A DNA stretch of 64,000 nt from assembly GCA_900547225.1 (NCBI GenBank), contig URFW01000006.1, forward strand, positions 4,300-68,299. The letters are read 5' to 3'. How positions within the stretch are numbered: position 1 is the stretch's first letter; each line of letters opens with the position of its first letter. The position numbers and the translations under genes are program-made. This document shows, in pieces, positions 1 through 12,749 of the stretch. Origin of the DNA: an uncultured Mycoplasmatota bacterium (GTDB lineage: Bacteria > Bacillota_I > Bacilli_A > RF39 > UBA660). Below the pieces are notes generated by a model that ran no database searches, was not told the origin of the DNA, and was given only the letters and a program-made list of their open reading frames with translations.

Positions 1-1334
1 AAGTTCTCATCTAAATCCATTGTCTCATCGTCACCTTGCGCTTTAGCTTTTAATTGGTCTTCAAAAGTTTTTCTTTGAGTAATTGGATTAACTAACTCAG
101 AGTATGCTTTACAAAGCTCACTGCCGCATGCTACTACTTGGAATACATCAATTATCCTATCATCTTTATCATTTCTTCTAGCAAGAGGAATAAGCATAGA
201 TGGATAATTGTACATAATGGTAGGCTGAACAATTCCTTCACGAATTTTCTTTTTGTATACAAAGTCTACTATTTGACTTATTGATTTATATTCTTCTAAA
301 TCTTCGTATGTAAATAAACCTTTTTCTACAATCTTATCTTTTAATTCTTTAGGATCTTCTACTTCTAGGAAGTCAAAACCAAAGATCTTTCTCATTTCTT
401 CAACATAGTTTATCTTATCCCAAGAATCTTTACCAAAGTCAAGCGTTACGCCTTGGTATTCTATTTTTGTAGTACCAACTAATTCCATTAATAGTGATTT
501 AATAAACTTTTGATAAAACTTTACGTTATCTTCAAAATTCCAATATGATGCATACCATTCTACCTGAGTAAACTCTTGTAAGTGCTGAGTGTCCATTCCT
601 TCGTTTCTAAAACATTTAGCAATTTCGTAAACTCTATCATATCCTGCTGCAACACACTGTTTTAGGTATGTTTCTGGAGCAATTCTTAAGTTACAATCAA
701 TATCTAATGCGTTATGATGAGTATAAAATGGTTTGGCAGCCGCTCCGCAAACAGCAGTTTGAAGTATTGGTGTTTCAACTTCTAAAAATCCATTTTCTCC
801 TAAAAATTTATGAATGAAAGCATATAGCTTGCTTCTTCCTAAAAATACCTGTCTTGATTCTTCATTAGATATTAAATCAACGTATCTTTGACGATATTTA
901 AGTTCAGTATCATTAAGTCCATGGAACTTATCTGGAAGTGGTCTTAACGCTTTACCTAAAAACTCAAAGCTATTTACTCTTAAAGTCTTTTCTCCAGTTT
1001 GAGTTGTGAACATCTCACCTTCTGCACCAATAAAGTCTCCGGTGTCTATTTCCTTTTTAAAGAAAGCATAATTATCTTCACCAACAATATCTATTCTAAG
1101 TTCTAACTGTATTGAACCTTCTAAATCTCTTATACGGATAAAACTTAATTTACCCATCTTTCTCATAAATACTATTCTACCTGCTAATCTAACGTTTTTT
1201 TCTCCGTCTTCTAAATTTTTAGCATCTTTAAGTGAATGAGTTTTTTCATATCTGTCCGGATAAGGATTACATACCTTTTTAATTTCTTCTAATTTTTCTC
1301 TTCTAACTATTTCTTGTTCTGTTAATTCTCTCAA
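1..1334 (-). CDS. lysS: Lysine--tRNA ligase (class II), partial; C-terminus lies beyond the window start
   Basis: Minus-strand translation from TTG at 1334 reads LRELTEQEIVRREKLEEIKKVCNPYPDRYEKTH...GRIVFMRKMGKL...FRNEGMD...SGLGIDR-type class II aaRS sequence continuously to position 1. GGAGG RBS lies 8 nt upstream. It is absent from the ORF track because it has no ATG start and no stop inside the window. Confidence 0.8.
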   Translation of the reverse strand, partial: MRELTEQEIVRREKLEEIKKVCNPYPDRYEKTHSLKDAKNLEDGEKNVRLAGRIVFMRKMGKLSFIRIRDLEGSIQLELRIDIVGEDNYAFFKKEIDTGDFIGAEGEMFTTQTGEKTLRVNSFEFLGKALRPLPDKFHGLNDTELKYRQRYVDLISNEESRQVFLGRSKLYAFIHKFLGENGFLEVETPILQTAVCGAAAKPFYTHHNALDIDCNLRIAPETYLKQCVAAGYDRVYEIAKCFRNEGMDTQHLQEFTQVEWYASYWNFEDNVKFYQKFIKSLLMELVGTTKIEYQGVTLDFGKDSWDKINYVEEMRKIFGFDFLEVEDPKELKDKIVEKGLFTYEDLEEYKSISQIVDFVYKKKIREGIVQPTIMYNYPSMLIPLARRNDKDDRIIDVFQVVACGSELCKAYSELVNPITQRKTFEDQLKAKAQGDDETMDLDEN

Positions 1335-1389
1335 GTTAACTTCCTCCCTTGCTCTTGATATTATATCATACTTTTTAACTTTTTTATAA

Positions 1390-2160
1390 TTATCTTGTAG
1401 GCACACATTTATAGCCTTGATTTTGTAATTCTTTTATCAAAGTTTCATACTTCATATTATTTGTTATTTCAAAGTAACTAATAGGCATTAAATTTTGATC
1501 AATATTGTTTATTTTTTTATAGTCGAACTGTGAAAAATCCAAATAACTATTTATTTTGAAAGATTTATCACTTACCTCATACGTATAAGTAAAGCCTTTC
1601 ATTCCGTTAGAATTAAGTAACACGTGCATCTTTTCATTTTTAATAACGTCTATTTGATCCTTATAATCATTATCTAATACGTTATATATATATTCTCCTT
1701 CTACGTATACTATATCATCATGTTTGTATGTTATCTTATATTCATCACTATATTTATAACCATAATCTGATGCTGATGATGAACAATTTGTAACTTTTTC
1801 CTTATAAAATACGTTATCGATTACAATGAAAATAACTAAGACTCCTAGCAAAAATCCTATTATGATTGAGATTATTAATATCTTATTAAAGCTTGTTTTT
1901 TTAGTTTCATTTTGTCCATCTTTTTTATCTTTATTTTCATTTATGTCATCATTTATTTTATTAGAATAATTAATAACGGCTTTATCATTTTCTTCTAACT
2001 TAGGAGTTTGAATGATATCATTCAAAGTTTCTGTACTTAGAATTTCTTCCTTTTTTTCATCTTTATTTTCTTTTTTTACATCTATTTCAATAAAATCATC
2101 ACCAAAAATTTCATCAAGTGCTTTCTTTATATCTTGATTATTGTCATCCATAAACAACAC
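1390..2160 (-). CDS. Hypothetical single-pass membrane protein with acidic N-terminus
   Basis: 256-aa ORF with one central hydrophobic helix (ILIISIIIGFLLGVLVIFIVI). No recognisable catalytic motif. Confidence 0.45.
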   Translation of the reverse strand: MLFMDDNNQDIKKALDEIFGDDFIEIDVKKENKDEKKEEILSTETLNDIIQTPKLEENDKAVINYSNKINDDINENKDKKDGQNETKKTSFNKILIISIIIGFLLGVLVIFIVIDNVFYKEKVTNCSSSASDYGYKYSDEYKITYKHDDIVYVEGEYIYNVLDNDYKDQIDVIKNEKMHVLLNSNGMKGFTYTYEVSDKSFKINSYLDFSQFDYKKINNIDQNLMPISYFEITNNMKYETLIKELQNQGYKCVPTR

Positions 2161-2216
2161 CCCCTTTTATCTTAATATAGTATACCATAACGCAACTAAA
2201 TTAACAAACATATCTG

Positions 2217-2765
2217 TTACTTTTTCATGGCAAATAATTCTTGGGATTCATCTAAATATTTTATCCTTTTTTCTAACTTCTTAGGATTATGTGCTAAAGC
2301 GTCACAGCGTTGTATTAAATATAATTCATAACTTAGATCATAATTAGAACTCACATCATAAAAAGTTATATGTGAATCATGCATTTTGATTAGATAACAT
2401 ATTTTTTCTATAAACTCATCATCATATGATAATCTTTTTAATATTTTTCTTGCTATTACCGAAGAGAAATATGGATGATTTTTAAAATGCCTTACGTTTT
2501 TGTATTCCGTAAAACTAAAAGGCTTTCCTATATCATGTAGTAACAAAGACAATCTAACACTAAAATTCTTTTCTGATAAACTTAGTGCAAGTATTGTATG
2601 AGAATAAACATCTAAATAATGATGCTTATGCTCAAATCCCTTTATGTACATAAGCTCTGGTATTATTTCAAATAGTTCATCTTCATGCTTTAAAATTGAA
2701 AGTGAAACGTCATCACTCATTAAAATATCGTATAGCATTTGTGAATCTTCTTGATGTTTTTTCAT
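2217..2765 (-). CDS. HD-domain phosphohydrolase
   Basis: H..H...LLLHDIGK motif characteristic of the HD metal-dependent phosphohydrolase superfamily. Confidence 0.6.
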   Translation of the reverse strand: MKKHQEDSQMLYDILMSDDVSLSILKHEDELFEIIPELMYIKGFEHKHHYLDVYSHTILALSLSEKNFSVRLSLLLHDIGKPFSFTEYKNVRHFKNHPYFSSVIARKILKRLSYDDEFIEKICYLIKMHDSHITFYDVSSNYDLSYELYLIQRCDALAHNPKKLEKRIKYLDESQELFAMKK

Positions 2766-2899
2766 ATTAATACCTCCTTAAATATATTATATTATAATTT
2801 ATTAAGTTTCTAATTTCAAGAATAAACTCTAAAGTAATGTTTCACTTGCACCTAAATCTGTTTTAAATTTTTATATTATACGTAAAAAAGCAATAATTT

Positions 2900-3541
2900 C
2901 TATTGCTCTTCATCCTTTCTAATTATGTATAATTCACCATTTTTAGTAAAAGCATAAAAGACATCGTTTGCGCTTATGTTCTTTTCTATTAGGGTGTTAA
3001 GAAGCCATGTTTTTGTTTTACCAATAGCATATAAATTATCAAATTCTACTTTCCCGTCTAATATTATTGGAAGTGGGTATGTTTTTTTATCTTTATCATC
3101 TTTTTTAAATACAGATAGTTTTCCGTTTGTTTCTAATATCGCATAATCTACCTCATCTAAACTTCTTACGTCTTTTTCTCTTAATTGCAGCAAAAGATCA
3201 TCTAAAGTGTATCTTTGTTCTACCATGTTTTTAAAATTAACGATTCCATTTTTTATTATAATAACAGGCTTTCCATCAACAAAATTTCTAAATTTTACGC
3301 TTTTTAAAGACATTTTTGAAATTACTATTTGAAGTAAGACAAGAATAATAACAGGAACTAAATTGATTAAAAATCCATCTTTATGTTCTAAAGCAAGTGC
3401 TACTAATTCCGCTATTAAAATAAACACAACAAGATCAAAAGTACCTAACTGTCCTACTTCCCTTTTTCCCATTACTCTAAATATTATTGCTACTAAAACA
3501 TATATAAAAAGAGTTTTAAATACAACAATCATTAAGTTCAT
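2900..3541 (-). CDS. DUF421 / YetF-like membrane protein
   Basis: N-terminal two-TM region followed by GKREVGQLGTFDLVVFILIAE, typical of YetF/DUF421 proteins. Confidence 0.55.
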   Translation of the reverse strand: MNLMIVVFKTLFIYVLVAIIFRVMGKREVGQLGTFDLVVFILIAELVALALEHKDGFLINLVPVIILVLLQIVISKMSLKSVKFRNFVDGKPVIIIKNGIVNFKNMVEQRYTLDDLLLQLREKDVRSLDEVDYAILETNGKLSVFKKDDKDKKTYPLPIILDGKVEFDNLYAIGKTKTWLLNTLIEKNISANDVFYAFTKNGELYIIRKDEEQ

Positions 3542-3613
3542 AATATCACCATTAGTATTATGTTTTAAATCATATTTTTATATACAAATAATATAATTAA
3601 TTAGAGGTGGAAT

Positions 3614-3979
3614 ATGAAAAATAAGATATTTCCTTTTATTTATGGTATAGGAATTATATTAATAGGAACTCTTTTAACTAGCATTTTATATTATTTTAAC
3701 GTAACAACAGACAAGTTAAACTCTATATTTTTATACGCGGTTAACATATTATCATTTTTTGTAGGCTCCTTAAATTTAGGTAAAGAACTAAAACAAAAAG
3801 GTATTATAACTGGGCTTATATACTTTACTATTTTATTTATCTTTATGGTATTTTTATCAAACGTTATATTTAAGGAGAGTTTTTCTATAAAAAACGTAAT
3901 TTATTACTTGGTATTACTTATATTTAGCATATTAGGGGGAATTATTGGTAAAAATATGAAAGAAGAAATAGACGCTTAA
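3614..3979 (+). CDS. Small multi-pass membrane protein (hypothetical)
   Basis: GAGGTGG RBS 6 nt before the ATG. Four hydrophobic helices. Followed by a bidirectional hairpin terminator at about 3985-4010. Confidence 0.5.
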   Translation: MKNKIFPFIYGIGIILIGTLLTSILYYFNVTTDKLNSIFLYAVNILSFFVGSLNLGKELKQKGIITGLIYFTILFIFMVFLSNVIFKESFSIKNVIYYLVLLIFSILGGIIGKNMKEEIDA

Positions 3980-3987
3980 ATAAACGT

Positions 3988-5699
<1,712 letters not shown>

Positions 5700-5732
5700 A
5701 ATTACCCTCCATTTAATTTTATATAATTATTT

Positions 5733-6755
5733 TTATTTTATGAACATACAGTCTCCAAACGAGAAGAATCTGTATTTTTCTTTTACTGCGTGTTTGTATG
5801 CGTTAAGCACGTTTTCTTTACCTGCTAAAGCACTAATTAACATAATAAGTGTTGACTTTGGCAAATGAAAATTAGTTAAAAGAGCATCTATGCCATGAAA
5901 TTTATATCCAGGATAAATAAATATCTTGGTATTTCCACTTTGCATTTTAAAGTGACCATTACTATCCGCTACCGTCTCAAGTACCCTAGTTGATGTTGTA
6001 CCTACCGCAACTATTCTTTTACCAGCATCTCTTGTTTTATTAAGTAAATCTGCAACTTCACTACTTAATATGTAATACTCAGAATGCATATCATGCTTTG
6101 TAACATCTTCAACAACTACTGGTCTAAAAGTTCCAAGCCCAACGTGTAATGTTACGTAAGCTATATTTACGCCTTTTTGCTTTACCTTTTCTAGGTATTC
6201 CTTAGTAAAATGAAGTCCTGCTGTTGGTGCTGCTGCTGATCCAGGATTTTTAGCATAAACTGTTTGATATCTATTTTTATCATCTAATTTCTCAGTAATA
6301 TATGGTGGAAGTGGCATTTCTCCTAATCTATCTAATATTTCTAAAAATATTCCATCATAAATGAATTTATAATGTCTTATACCATCATCACCTACAAACG
6401 TACACTTACAAGATAACTCATCTGAAAACTTAACAATGGTTCCTTCTTTTATTCTCTTAGCAGGCTTTGTTAAACACTCCCACTCATCATTCCCTAAATC
6501 CTTTAACATTAATACTTCTATTACTGCTCCTGTATCAGGTTTATGTCCTATAAGTCTAGCTGGTATTACTTTTGTATCATTAAGAACCAAAGTATCACCA
6601 GGATTTAGATAGTCTATTAAGTCAGTAAAATGTTTGTCAGCATACTCTCCAGTTCCTTTATCAAGCACCATCATACGTGATGCATTTCTGTTTTTTAAAG
6701 GAGTTTGTGCAATTAACTCTTTTGGTAAATCATAGTCAAAATCTTCTGTTTTCAT
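5733..6755 (-). CDS. queA: S-adenosylmethionine:tRNA ribosyltransferase-isomerase
   Basis: [20 protein letters not shown]-terminus and overall QueA similarity. GGGAGGG RBS 6 nt before the ATG at 6755. The first residues in the ORF track come from an upstream TTG. Confidence 0.9.
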   Translation of the reverse strand: MKTEDFDYDLPKELIAQTPLKNRNASRMMVLDKGTGEYADKHFTDLIDYLNPGDTLVLNDTKVIPARLIGHKPDTGAVIEVLMLKDLGNDEWECLTKPAKRIKEGTIVKFSDELSCKCTFVGDDGIRHYKFIYDGIFLEILDRLGEMPLPPYITEKLDDKNRYQTVYAKNPGSAAAPTAGLHFTKEYLEKVKQKGVNIAYVTLHVGLGTFRPVVVEDVTKHDMHSEYYILSSEVADLLNKTRDAGKRIVAVGTTSTRVLETVADSNGHFKMQSGNTKIFIYPGYKFHGIDALLTNFHLPKSTLIMLISALAGKENVLNAYKHAVKEKYRFFSFGDCMFIK

Positions 6756-6831
6756 GAATTTCCCTCCCAAATAAAAAAATAATAAATACTAAACAAGTAC
6801 TTATTATAATCTTTTTTTATTAAAATATCAA

Positions 6832-7830
6832 TTACTTACCTTCTTTTGATATATTTAAATGCTTATATGCTAAGTCCGTTACTATCCTACCTCTTGGAGT
6901 TCTTTTTAAATAACCTATCTGCAGAAGATAAGGTTCACAAACATCCTCTATCGTTGATACTTCTTCACCAATTGATGCTGCAACCGCTTCAACCCCAACA
7001 GGACCACCATTAAATTTATAAATTATGGTTTTTAATAGTTCGTAGTCAACCTCATCTAAACCTAACTTATCAACTTTTAAAGAATCAAGAGCATACTTAG
7101 TAATATCAAGTGTTATTGTACCATCTCCCTTAACTAAAGCAAAATCACTAACGCGTTTAAGTAGTCTATTTGCAATTCTAGGAGTTCTTCTACATCTATT
7201 AGCAAGTTCACGGGCCGCATCTTCTTCAATTGTTAAATCAAGAACCCTAGCACTTCTTTTAATGATTTCTGTTATTTCATCTTCCGTATAATAATTAAGT
7301 TTTGAAACTATTCCAAATCTATCTCTTAAAGGTGCTGATAAATCTCCTGCACGAGTAGTTGCTCCAATTAAAGTAAAATGTGGTAAATCAATTCTTATAT
7401 TACGATTAGAGCCTTCTCCTCCTACTATAATGTCAAGCGTAAAATCTTCCATTGCTGAGTATAAAATCTCTTCAACAAATCTTGGAATTCTATGTATTTC
7501 ATCAATAAACAGTACGTCCCCTTCTTCTAGTGAAGATAAAATAGCTGCTAAATCACCTGATTTTTCAATAGCAGGTCCTGATGCTGTTTTAATGGATGCA
7601 CCCATCTCATTTGCTATTACGTAAGATAACGTTGTTTTACCAAGCCCTGGAGGACCATATAACAATACGTGATCTAATGCTTCGCCCCTCATTTTAGCAG
7701 CGGACATAAATATTTTTATATTCTCTTTTATATCTTTTTGTCCAATATATTCATCAATAGTTTGTGGTCTAATACTAGACTCAAACCCATCTTCCTTTAA
7801 TTTATCTCCTGTAACTAATCTATTATCCAT
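6832..7830 (-). CDS. ruvB: Holliday junction branch-migration helicase RuvB
   Basis: Walker [11 protein letters not shown], sensor motifs and the IRPQTLDEYIGQ-type N-terminus. Confidence 0.92.
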   Translation of the reverse strand: MDNRLVTGDKLKEDGFESSIRPQTIDEYIGQKDIKENIKIFMSAAKMRGEALDHVLLYGPPGLGKTTLSYVIANEMGASIKTASGPAIEKSGDLAAILSSLEEGDVLFIDEIHRIPRFVEEILYSAMEDFTLDIIVGGEGSNRNIRIDLPHFTLIGATTRAGDLSAPLRDRFGIVSKLNYYTEDEITEIIKRSARVLDLTIEEDAARELANRCRRTPRIANRLLKRVSDFALVKGDGTITLDITKYALDSLKVDKLGLDEVDYELLKTIIYKFNGGPVGVEAVAASIGEEVSTIEDVCEPYLLQIGYLKRTPRGRIVTDLAYKHLNISKEGK

Positions 7831-7844
7831 AATTTAGTCCTTTC

Positions 7845-8399
7845 TTATTTTAATAATAATTTAAGTGCCTCTTTAACTTGTTTTTCCAAAGAAAGAGATG
7901 CATCTAATTTAGGCAATACTTTCTTAATATCATTAGGCTTATATCCAAGTGACTTAAGTGTTTCAGTAAGTTCTTCAAAATTATTTAAACTACTTTTTTT
8001 ATCATCACTAGCAAGTTTACCTTTTAAGTCAAGAATTATTTGCCTTGCAACCTTATCACCAATCTTAGGAAACTTCTTTAAGTAACTTACGTTTCCGGTA
8101 TCTATCGCATCTAAAATAGCATCTTTATTATCACCTGAAAGCATCGGAAGAGCCATTTTACAGCCAAGACCTTTAACACTTATGAGTTTTAAGAATAAGT
8201 CTTTATCATCCTTAGTTTTAAAACCATACAAAGTATTTTCATCTTCTCTTATCTGCTGATATAAATATATAATAACCTCTTCATTTTCTTTATATGAATA
8301 TGGATTTGCAACATATATCATATATCCAATTCCGTTATTTTCTAACACAACATAACTTGTATCAATAATTGTTATAATACCTTTTATATAAGAATACAT
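7845..8399 (-). CDS. ruvA: Holliday junction DNA-binding protein RuvA
   Basis: MYSYIKG...VVLENNGIGY N-terminus and helix-hairpin-helix region, immediately upstream of ruvB. Confidence 0.9.
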   Translation of the reverse strand: MYSYIKGIITIIDTSYVVLENNGIGYMIYVANPYSYKENEEVIIYLYQQIREDENTLYGFKTKDDKDLFLKLISVKGLGCKMALPMLSGDNKDAILDAIDTGNVSYLKKFPKIGDKVARQIILDLKGKLASDDKKSSLNNFEELTETLKSLGYKPNDIKKVLPKLDASLSLEKQVKEALKLLLK

Positions 8400-8501
8400 A
8401 TTATTTATTCCTTTCTTACTTTTTACTTCTATTTAATTTTATCACGAACAAATGTTTTTGTAAATGTTTAAAAGAAAAAATAGTCAAAAGACCATTTAAA
8501 T

Positions 8502-8984
8502 TTATTTTAACTTATTTTTGATGTAAGGATTTTCTTTACTAAATATTTCTTCATCATTACTAAAACCACAATTCCAAGCCATCTTCATACTACTTAGATT
8601 GTCATGATGAATTCTAGCTTTTATATAATGCACCATAGAATAATTACTAAATATGTAATCCGTTATTTCATTTAATAAAAGTGTGCCATATCTTTTTTCT
8701 TTATTTCCTCTATATTCCTTAAAAATTGCTTGCCTTATATATACAGCTTTTTCTTCTTCATTAAAATTACTTAAATCGATATAACCAATTAAATTTTCTT
8801 CATCCCGAACAAAAAATCCCTTATTAAAAAAAATACTATTTTTATTATTCAAATGCTGCAAAAAGCCATTAAACCTTGATGTTATATCAGAATCCTTAGC
8901 AAGCTTTTTTAGTGTCATAAGATGCGTTTTATCATTAGAATTAAAATTAACAAGTGTAAGTTCACCAATAACAATATCTTCCAT
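8502..8984 (-). CDS. GNAT family N-acetyltransferase
   Basis: 160 aa with a GNAT-like fold signature (..RGNKEKRYGTLLLNEI..). Confidence 0.6.
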   Translation of the reverse strand: MEDIVIGELTLVNFNSNDKTHLMTLKKLAKDSDITSRFNGFLQHLNNKNSIFFNKGFFVRDEENLIGYIDLSNFNEEEKAVYIRQAIFKEYRGNKEKRYGTLLLNEITDYIFSNYSMVHYIKARIHHDNLSSMKMAWNCGFSNDEEIFSKENPYIKNKLK

Positions 8985-9014
8985 TTTATTACCTCCTAAA
9001 AGAATTATTAATAA

Positions 9015-9152
9015 TTATAATTGTTCATCTAAAACCATTTCAGCACAATCCCATTTTTCATTATAAAATAAAAATGCATCTTTTATAATGTTAGTAACCT
9101 TAAATCCGGCTGCTTTATAGCACTCGTAAGCACCTAAATTATTTGTAAAAAC
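9015..9152 (-). pseudogene. C-terminal fragment of a second GNAT acetyltransferase (remnant)
   Basis: Minus-strand frame reads ...GAYECYKAAGFKVTNIIKDAFLFYNEKWDCAEMVLDEQL stop. It has no start and no N-terminal domain. Confidence 0.4.
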
Positions 9153-9199
9153 ACCTAGATAACTTCATTTTTAATTATATTAAATATTTATTATCTTCA

Positions 9200-9552
9200 T
9201 TAATTTGTTGTTGTAATACCAAATAAAGCAATATTTAATACATCTGCCTAATTTGCATATACAAACTTAATTTGCTGTTCTATTAAAGTAGGGACAATAT
9301 ATTTCTTAATTGCGTCAGTATGAACGGCATAATTTAATTTTGATAATAATCTGTTTGAATGCCATTCTATTTTTTCTTGATATGTTTCGTTTCTTTATTT
9401 CTTAACCAATTTTTAACAACATCTGCTGGTGCTTCATCATTTTGCGTTTTTGCTAGGTCAGTAAGTGATATATATTCATAGCCATCAACTCTAACCACAT
9501 TAATTTTACTACCTTTAACATCTATCTCTGATTGAATTATATTATTTTTCAT
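9200..9552 (-). pseudogene. Degraded KilA-N/Bro-N domain antirepressor-like gene (phage-derived)
   Basis: N-terminal frame ...YISLTDLAKTQNDEAPADVVKNWLRNKETKH ends in a stop. A second frame continues NRLLSKLNYAVHTDAIKKYIVPTLIEQQIKFVYAN*ADVLNIALFGITT. There is a frameshift, an internal deletion of about 100 aa, and a TAG where homologues keep Glu (YANEADVLN). Confidence 0.55.
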
Positions 9553-9886
9553 AAGTTTCTCCTTTCTGATTTAGTTAATCGCATCTAACCAATCTATTAA
9601 TTTTTTCATTTAATATAATTTTACCATAAAACTATCGTTTAAAATCATCATCTTTGCTATTATAACTGCTAAATTCATTTTGTATAACTTCTAGATCATC
9701 ATCAATTATTTCTTCCTCGTGCAATTCATCAATTAAGTTATCATATTTATTTGAAGAAAAGAATTTATCTTGTAAGAACTTAATATTTTTTCCATAACTT
9801 TTTAAAGTAATTTAATGCTCCTTGCAATTTAGATACTTTATCTTCTAATATATCAGTAGTATTTTCTGCAATCTATAATCCGTTTT

Positions 9887-10121
9887 CTAAATCTGATATT
9901 CTTTCAACTCTTGTTTGTATTTTTTTAAAATAACATCTATCGAATTTGTATTTCTTAAATTAGAATTAGTTTGATTAGTTGTATTAATATCTTCATTAGC
10001 ACAATCTAGATAAGCATCATTTTCTTCTAAGGATCTTATAATCTTTTCCCAATCAAATACACTACGAGTTAGTCTATCTAATTTTAATGCCATAATAGTA
10101 TTACATTTTTTATCTTTTATA
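9887..10121 (-). pseudogene. Serine recombinase (resolvase-domain) internal fragment
   Basis: KLDRLTRSVFDWEKIIRSLEENDAYLDCANEDINTTNQTNSNL matches the LDRLgRs...LEEkG..l.sl.E.iDTst part of the resolvase catalytic domain. Reading frame opens directly after the stop of the upstream ORF, so the N-terminal half of the domain is not encoded here. Confidence 0.5.
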
Positions 10122-10123
10122 AA

Positions 10124-10378
10124 TTACTCTAATTCGTTTATTTCAAGTTTGTTTAATAAATTACCTACATATATAGTTTCTGAATAATTAAAGGTCAAAA
10201 ATGTTATTCCTTTAATAATTATTTTATGAGGTTCAATGTATGATAAATTAGTTCTATCTATTCTTCTTATATTTCCGTTTATTATTGTTGGTGTAGTATT
10301 ACAAAATCTACATATAAATTCAATCTTCTTTTTCAATTTATCATCAAACTCTAATTCTTTCTTAACAATATTAATCAT
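10124..10378 (-). CDS. Hypothetical small protein inside the degraded element
   Basis: 84-aa ORF, no recognisable motif. Confidence 0.3.
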   Translation of the reverse strand: MINIVKKELEFDDKLKKKIEFICRFCNTTPTIINGNIRRIDRTNLSYIEPHKIIIKGITFLTFNYSETIYVGNLLNKLEINELE

Positions 10379-10728
10379 TAAAACCTGTTCTTTCTTTAAT
10401 TAACAAAAAAATACCAACTTCTAATTAGAAATTGATATTTTCTATATTAAATCCAAGACTATAAAAGTCTGGACAGATTTCACAACAGTGCGTGTGAATT
10501 TGTAGTTAACGAACTCACTTACAAAAGATATAGTAGTAATCTATTACTAACTACACTGGTTATATCACATCTATGTGATATAGTAAATATAAAAATATGC
10601 TTATTTTATAAACATATTTTTTGTAAAAGATTTTCAAAAAGGTTCTCCCTTTGCACACATCGTTATTGTCTCTGCCAATAGCGATGTGTACTACTCTAAT
10701 GGAATATTAGAGTATTTTTTAATTTTGG

Positions 10729-11499
10729 TTAACGTTCAACACTAAAGTGAATTAGTATTTCATCAGTTGGTTTGCTATTCTCATCTGTTTTGATATAAGC
10801 ATATGTTGTTATCATATATAAATTCTGCAATTTATAATAATAACGTGTATCAGAACCTTCAATATCATTATCACTCATATTATAGAATTTATTAATAAAC
10901 TCATCAGATAATTGATATTCTTTACATACAAAATCATATGTACAAGTCCCATTACTTAAATTAATTAATTCTGTAAGTTGAGAGAGTTTTTTATTTACAT
11001 CTTCAACTATATCTTCTTTAGAAGTATTTTTGTTATAACTTATGTATGTTGATATACCATCTATTTTTTTATTTTCATTTAATTTCAAATCACTGTAGGA
11101 TATATATTCTTCAGTATTAAATTCTATTTGTAAATCATGTCCAAAACCATAACTAATAGATTTACAATATGATTTTTGTTCACATTTTTCTTTCAATGAA
11201 TCAATAAGTTTGTTTTTTAAATTATTACCATTATTTATATCTTTTATCACAGATGCAATATCTAACACTATTATTATAAAAGAAGGTATAATGAATATAA
11301 TGAAGCATAACTTATAATTAAACTTCAATGAAACATTATATACTTTTGAAATATTTTTAATAACCCTTATAATAATTGAACAAGATTTTATTACTAACGC
11401 TATAACAGCAATACCGCTTATGGTTTTTATTGTATTACCAATTTCTTTTAGATCTTTACTTAATGAAATAAGGTCACCAAGTAAATAAGCAGGAATCAT
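10729..11499 (-). CDS. Hypothetical membrane protein (two N-terminal TM helices, Cys-containing extracellular domain)
   Basis: 256-aa ORF. TM segments GIAVIALVIKSCSIIIRVI and LCFIIFIIPSFIIIVLDIASVI. Confidence 0.45.
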   Translation of the reverse strand: MIPAYLLGDLISLSKDLKEIGNTIKTISGIAVIALVIKSCSIIIRVIKNISKVYNVSLKFNYKLCFIIFIIPSFIIIVLDIASVIKDINNGNNLKNKLIDSLKEKCEQKSYCKSISYGFGHDLQIEFNTEEYISYSDLKLNENKKIDGISTYISYNKNTSKEDIVEDVNKKLSQLTELINLSNGTCTYDFVCKEYQLSDEFINKFYNMSDNDIEGSDTRYYYKLQNLYMITTYAYIKTDENSKPTDEILIHFSVER

Positions 11500-11587
11500 A
11501 GATTTAATATTAGCATTAATATCTTCAACTTTTTCATTAACGTTTTCACCATTATCAACTTTTTCTAAAATATTTTGCCATATTTTA

Positions 11588-11857
11588 TTATTTAGTAAAT
11601 TTTTTTTTAAGAATTATATAGGCTATAGCCCATATAATTAACAAAACTACCATTATGATAAGAGCTGAATAAAACTTTTTAGTTAAAAATTCTCTCGTAA
11701 CATTGTTTTCATATCTTATGAAGTCATTAATAATAAATAATAATAATGGTATAAAATAAATCAATACAGCAATTATTGAATATTTAGTCAAACTTGCTAA
11801 TTTAAACATTTTTCTAATACATTTTTCTTCTTCTAAATTAAACATTTTATTTTCCAT
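11588..11857 (-). CDS. Small two-TM membrane protein (hypothetical)
   Basis: 89 aa, two long hydrophobic helices. Confidence 0.4.
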   Translation of the reverse strand: MENKMFNLEEEKCIRKMFKLASLTKYSIIAVLIYFIPLLLFIINDFIRYENNVTREFLTKKFYSALIIMVVLLIIWAIAYIILKKKFTK

Positions 11858-12009
11858 TTTTTCACTACCTTTCTTTTTTATTTTAACATATTTCTTAACT
11901 TTTCAATAGTTTTTTGATATGTTTGTATTTTTAATTTACATACTCATATCAAAATCATCGTCTTTGTCTTTTTTTATGTCTATCTAAATAATCATCCATT
12001 TCATATTCT

Positions 12010-12227
12010 TTTTATGTATCATAGGTAACGCCTCTAATCATCTCTTTATATGCTGGTCTTTTATCCCTTTTAACAGATATTCCAGCATCTTGATATACTT
12101 TTATTATATTTTTTGAATGCACGGAACTCCTTTAAACAGGCTTCCTGTTCAGGTAAACTAAATCCTTCACGTGCTTGGCCTTCGGTTAATGCTCTTATGT
12201 AAATTCCTGATATTTTTAAGTTTTCAT
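12010..12227 (-). pseudogene. Frameshifted N-terminal fragment of a serine recombinase
   Basis: From the ATG at 12227: MNENLKISGIYIRALTEGQAREGFSLPEQEACLKEF. This is the resolvase N-terminal motif, but the catalytic Ser position reads Leu. The frame then breaks and a second frame continues VYQDAGISVKRDKRPAYKEMIRGV to a stop. Confidence 0.45.
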
Positions 12228-12261
12228 TCATATTTTTTTCATCTCTTTCTTTTTAATAAAA

Positions 12262-12301
12262 AAGAGGAGTCAAAAGTATTAGATGTCTAATACCTTTGAC
12301 T
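12262..12301. terminator. Hairpin terminator (18-bp stem, 4-nt loop, one mismatch)
   Basis: aggagtcaaaagtattag-atgt-ctaatacctttgactcct, followed by ttgtttgttt. Confidence 0.5.
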
Positions 12302-12749
12302 CCTTTGTTTGTTTAAATCATATAAATATTTATCTTTCTTCAGCATAAGTAACCTCCATAAATAACGGGTACTGCTTGTCATTTATTGGTTATTTAAATA
12401 TCACTTATTTTATATATGTTAATAGGTATTAGTTTTTTCTAATATAATTAGTTAAATCTTTAAACTTAATTTTCTTATTATAGCCATTTATGAATACTTA
12501 ATCATAGTCTTCAAATATTAAATAATCATTATCATTTATTGTTTCCTTAATATCTTTAATTACACCATTTACAAATCTATATATCATTTCTACCCTTCTT
12601 TTTGATTCATCACTTATATTTAGTTTTTTAGCTTCTATTGTTAACATTTTTATCACTCTCCATTACTTTCTTAAATAACAAAAAAACTAACATTTCTGTT
12701 AGTAATCAATTGCTTAAACTCAGAATGTGATCAAATTTTCCATTAATTA

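Noticed and set aside
3363-3596. 77-aa plus-strand ORF overlapping the DUF421 gene
   Set aside because: Lies entirely antisense to a well-supported gene in AT-rich DNA and has no RBS. Shadow ORF.
12497-12646. 50-aa minus-strand ORF (MLTIEAKKLNISDESKRRVEMIYRFVNGV...) next to tRNA-Thr
   Set aside because: No convincing RBS or motif. It could be a remnant excisionase-like gene, but the evidence is too thin to call.
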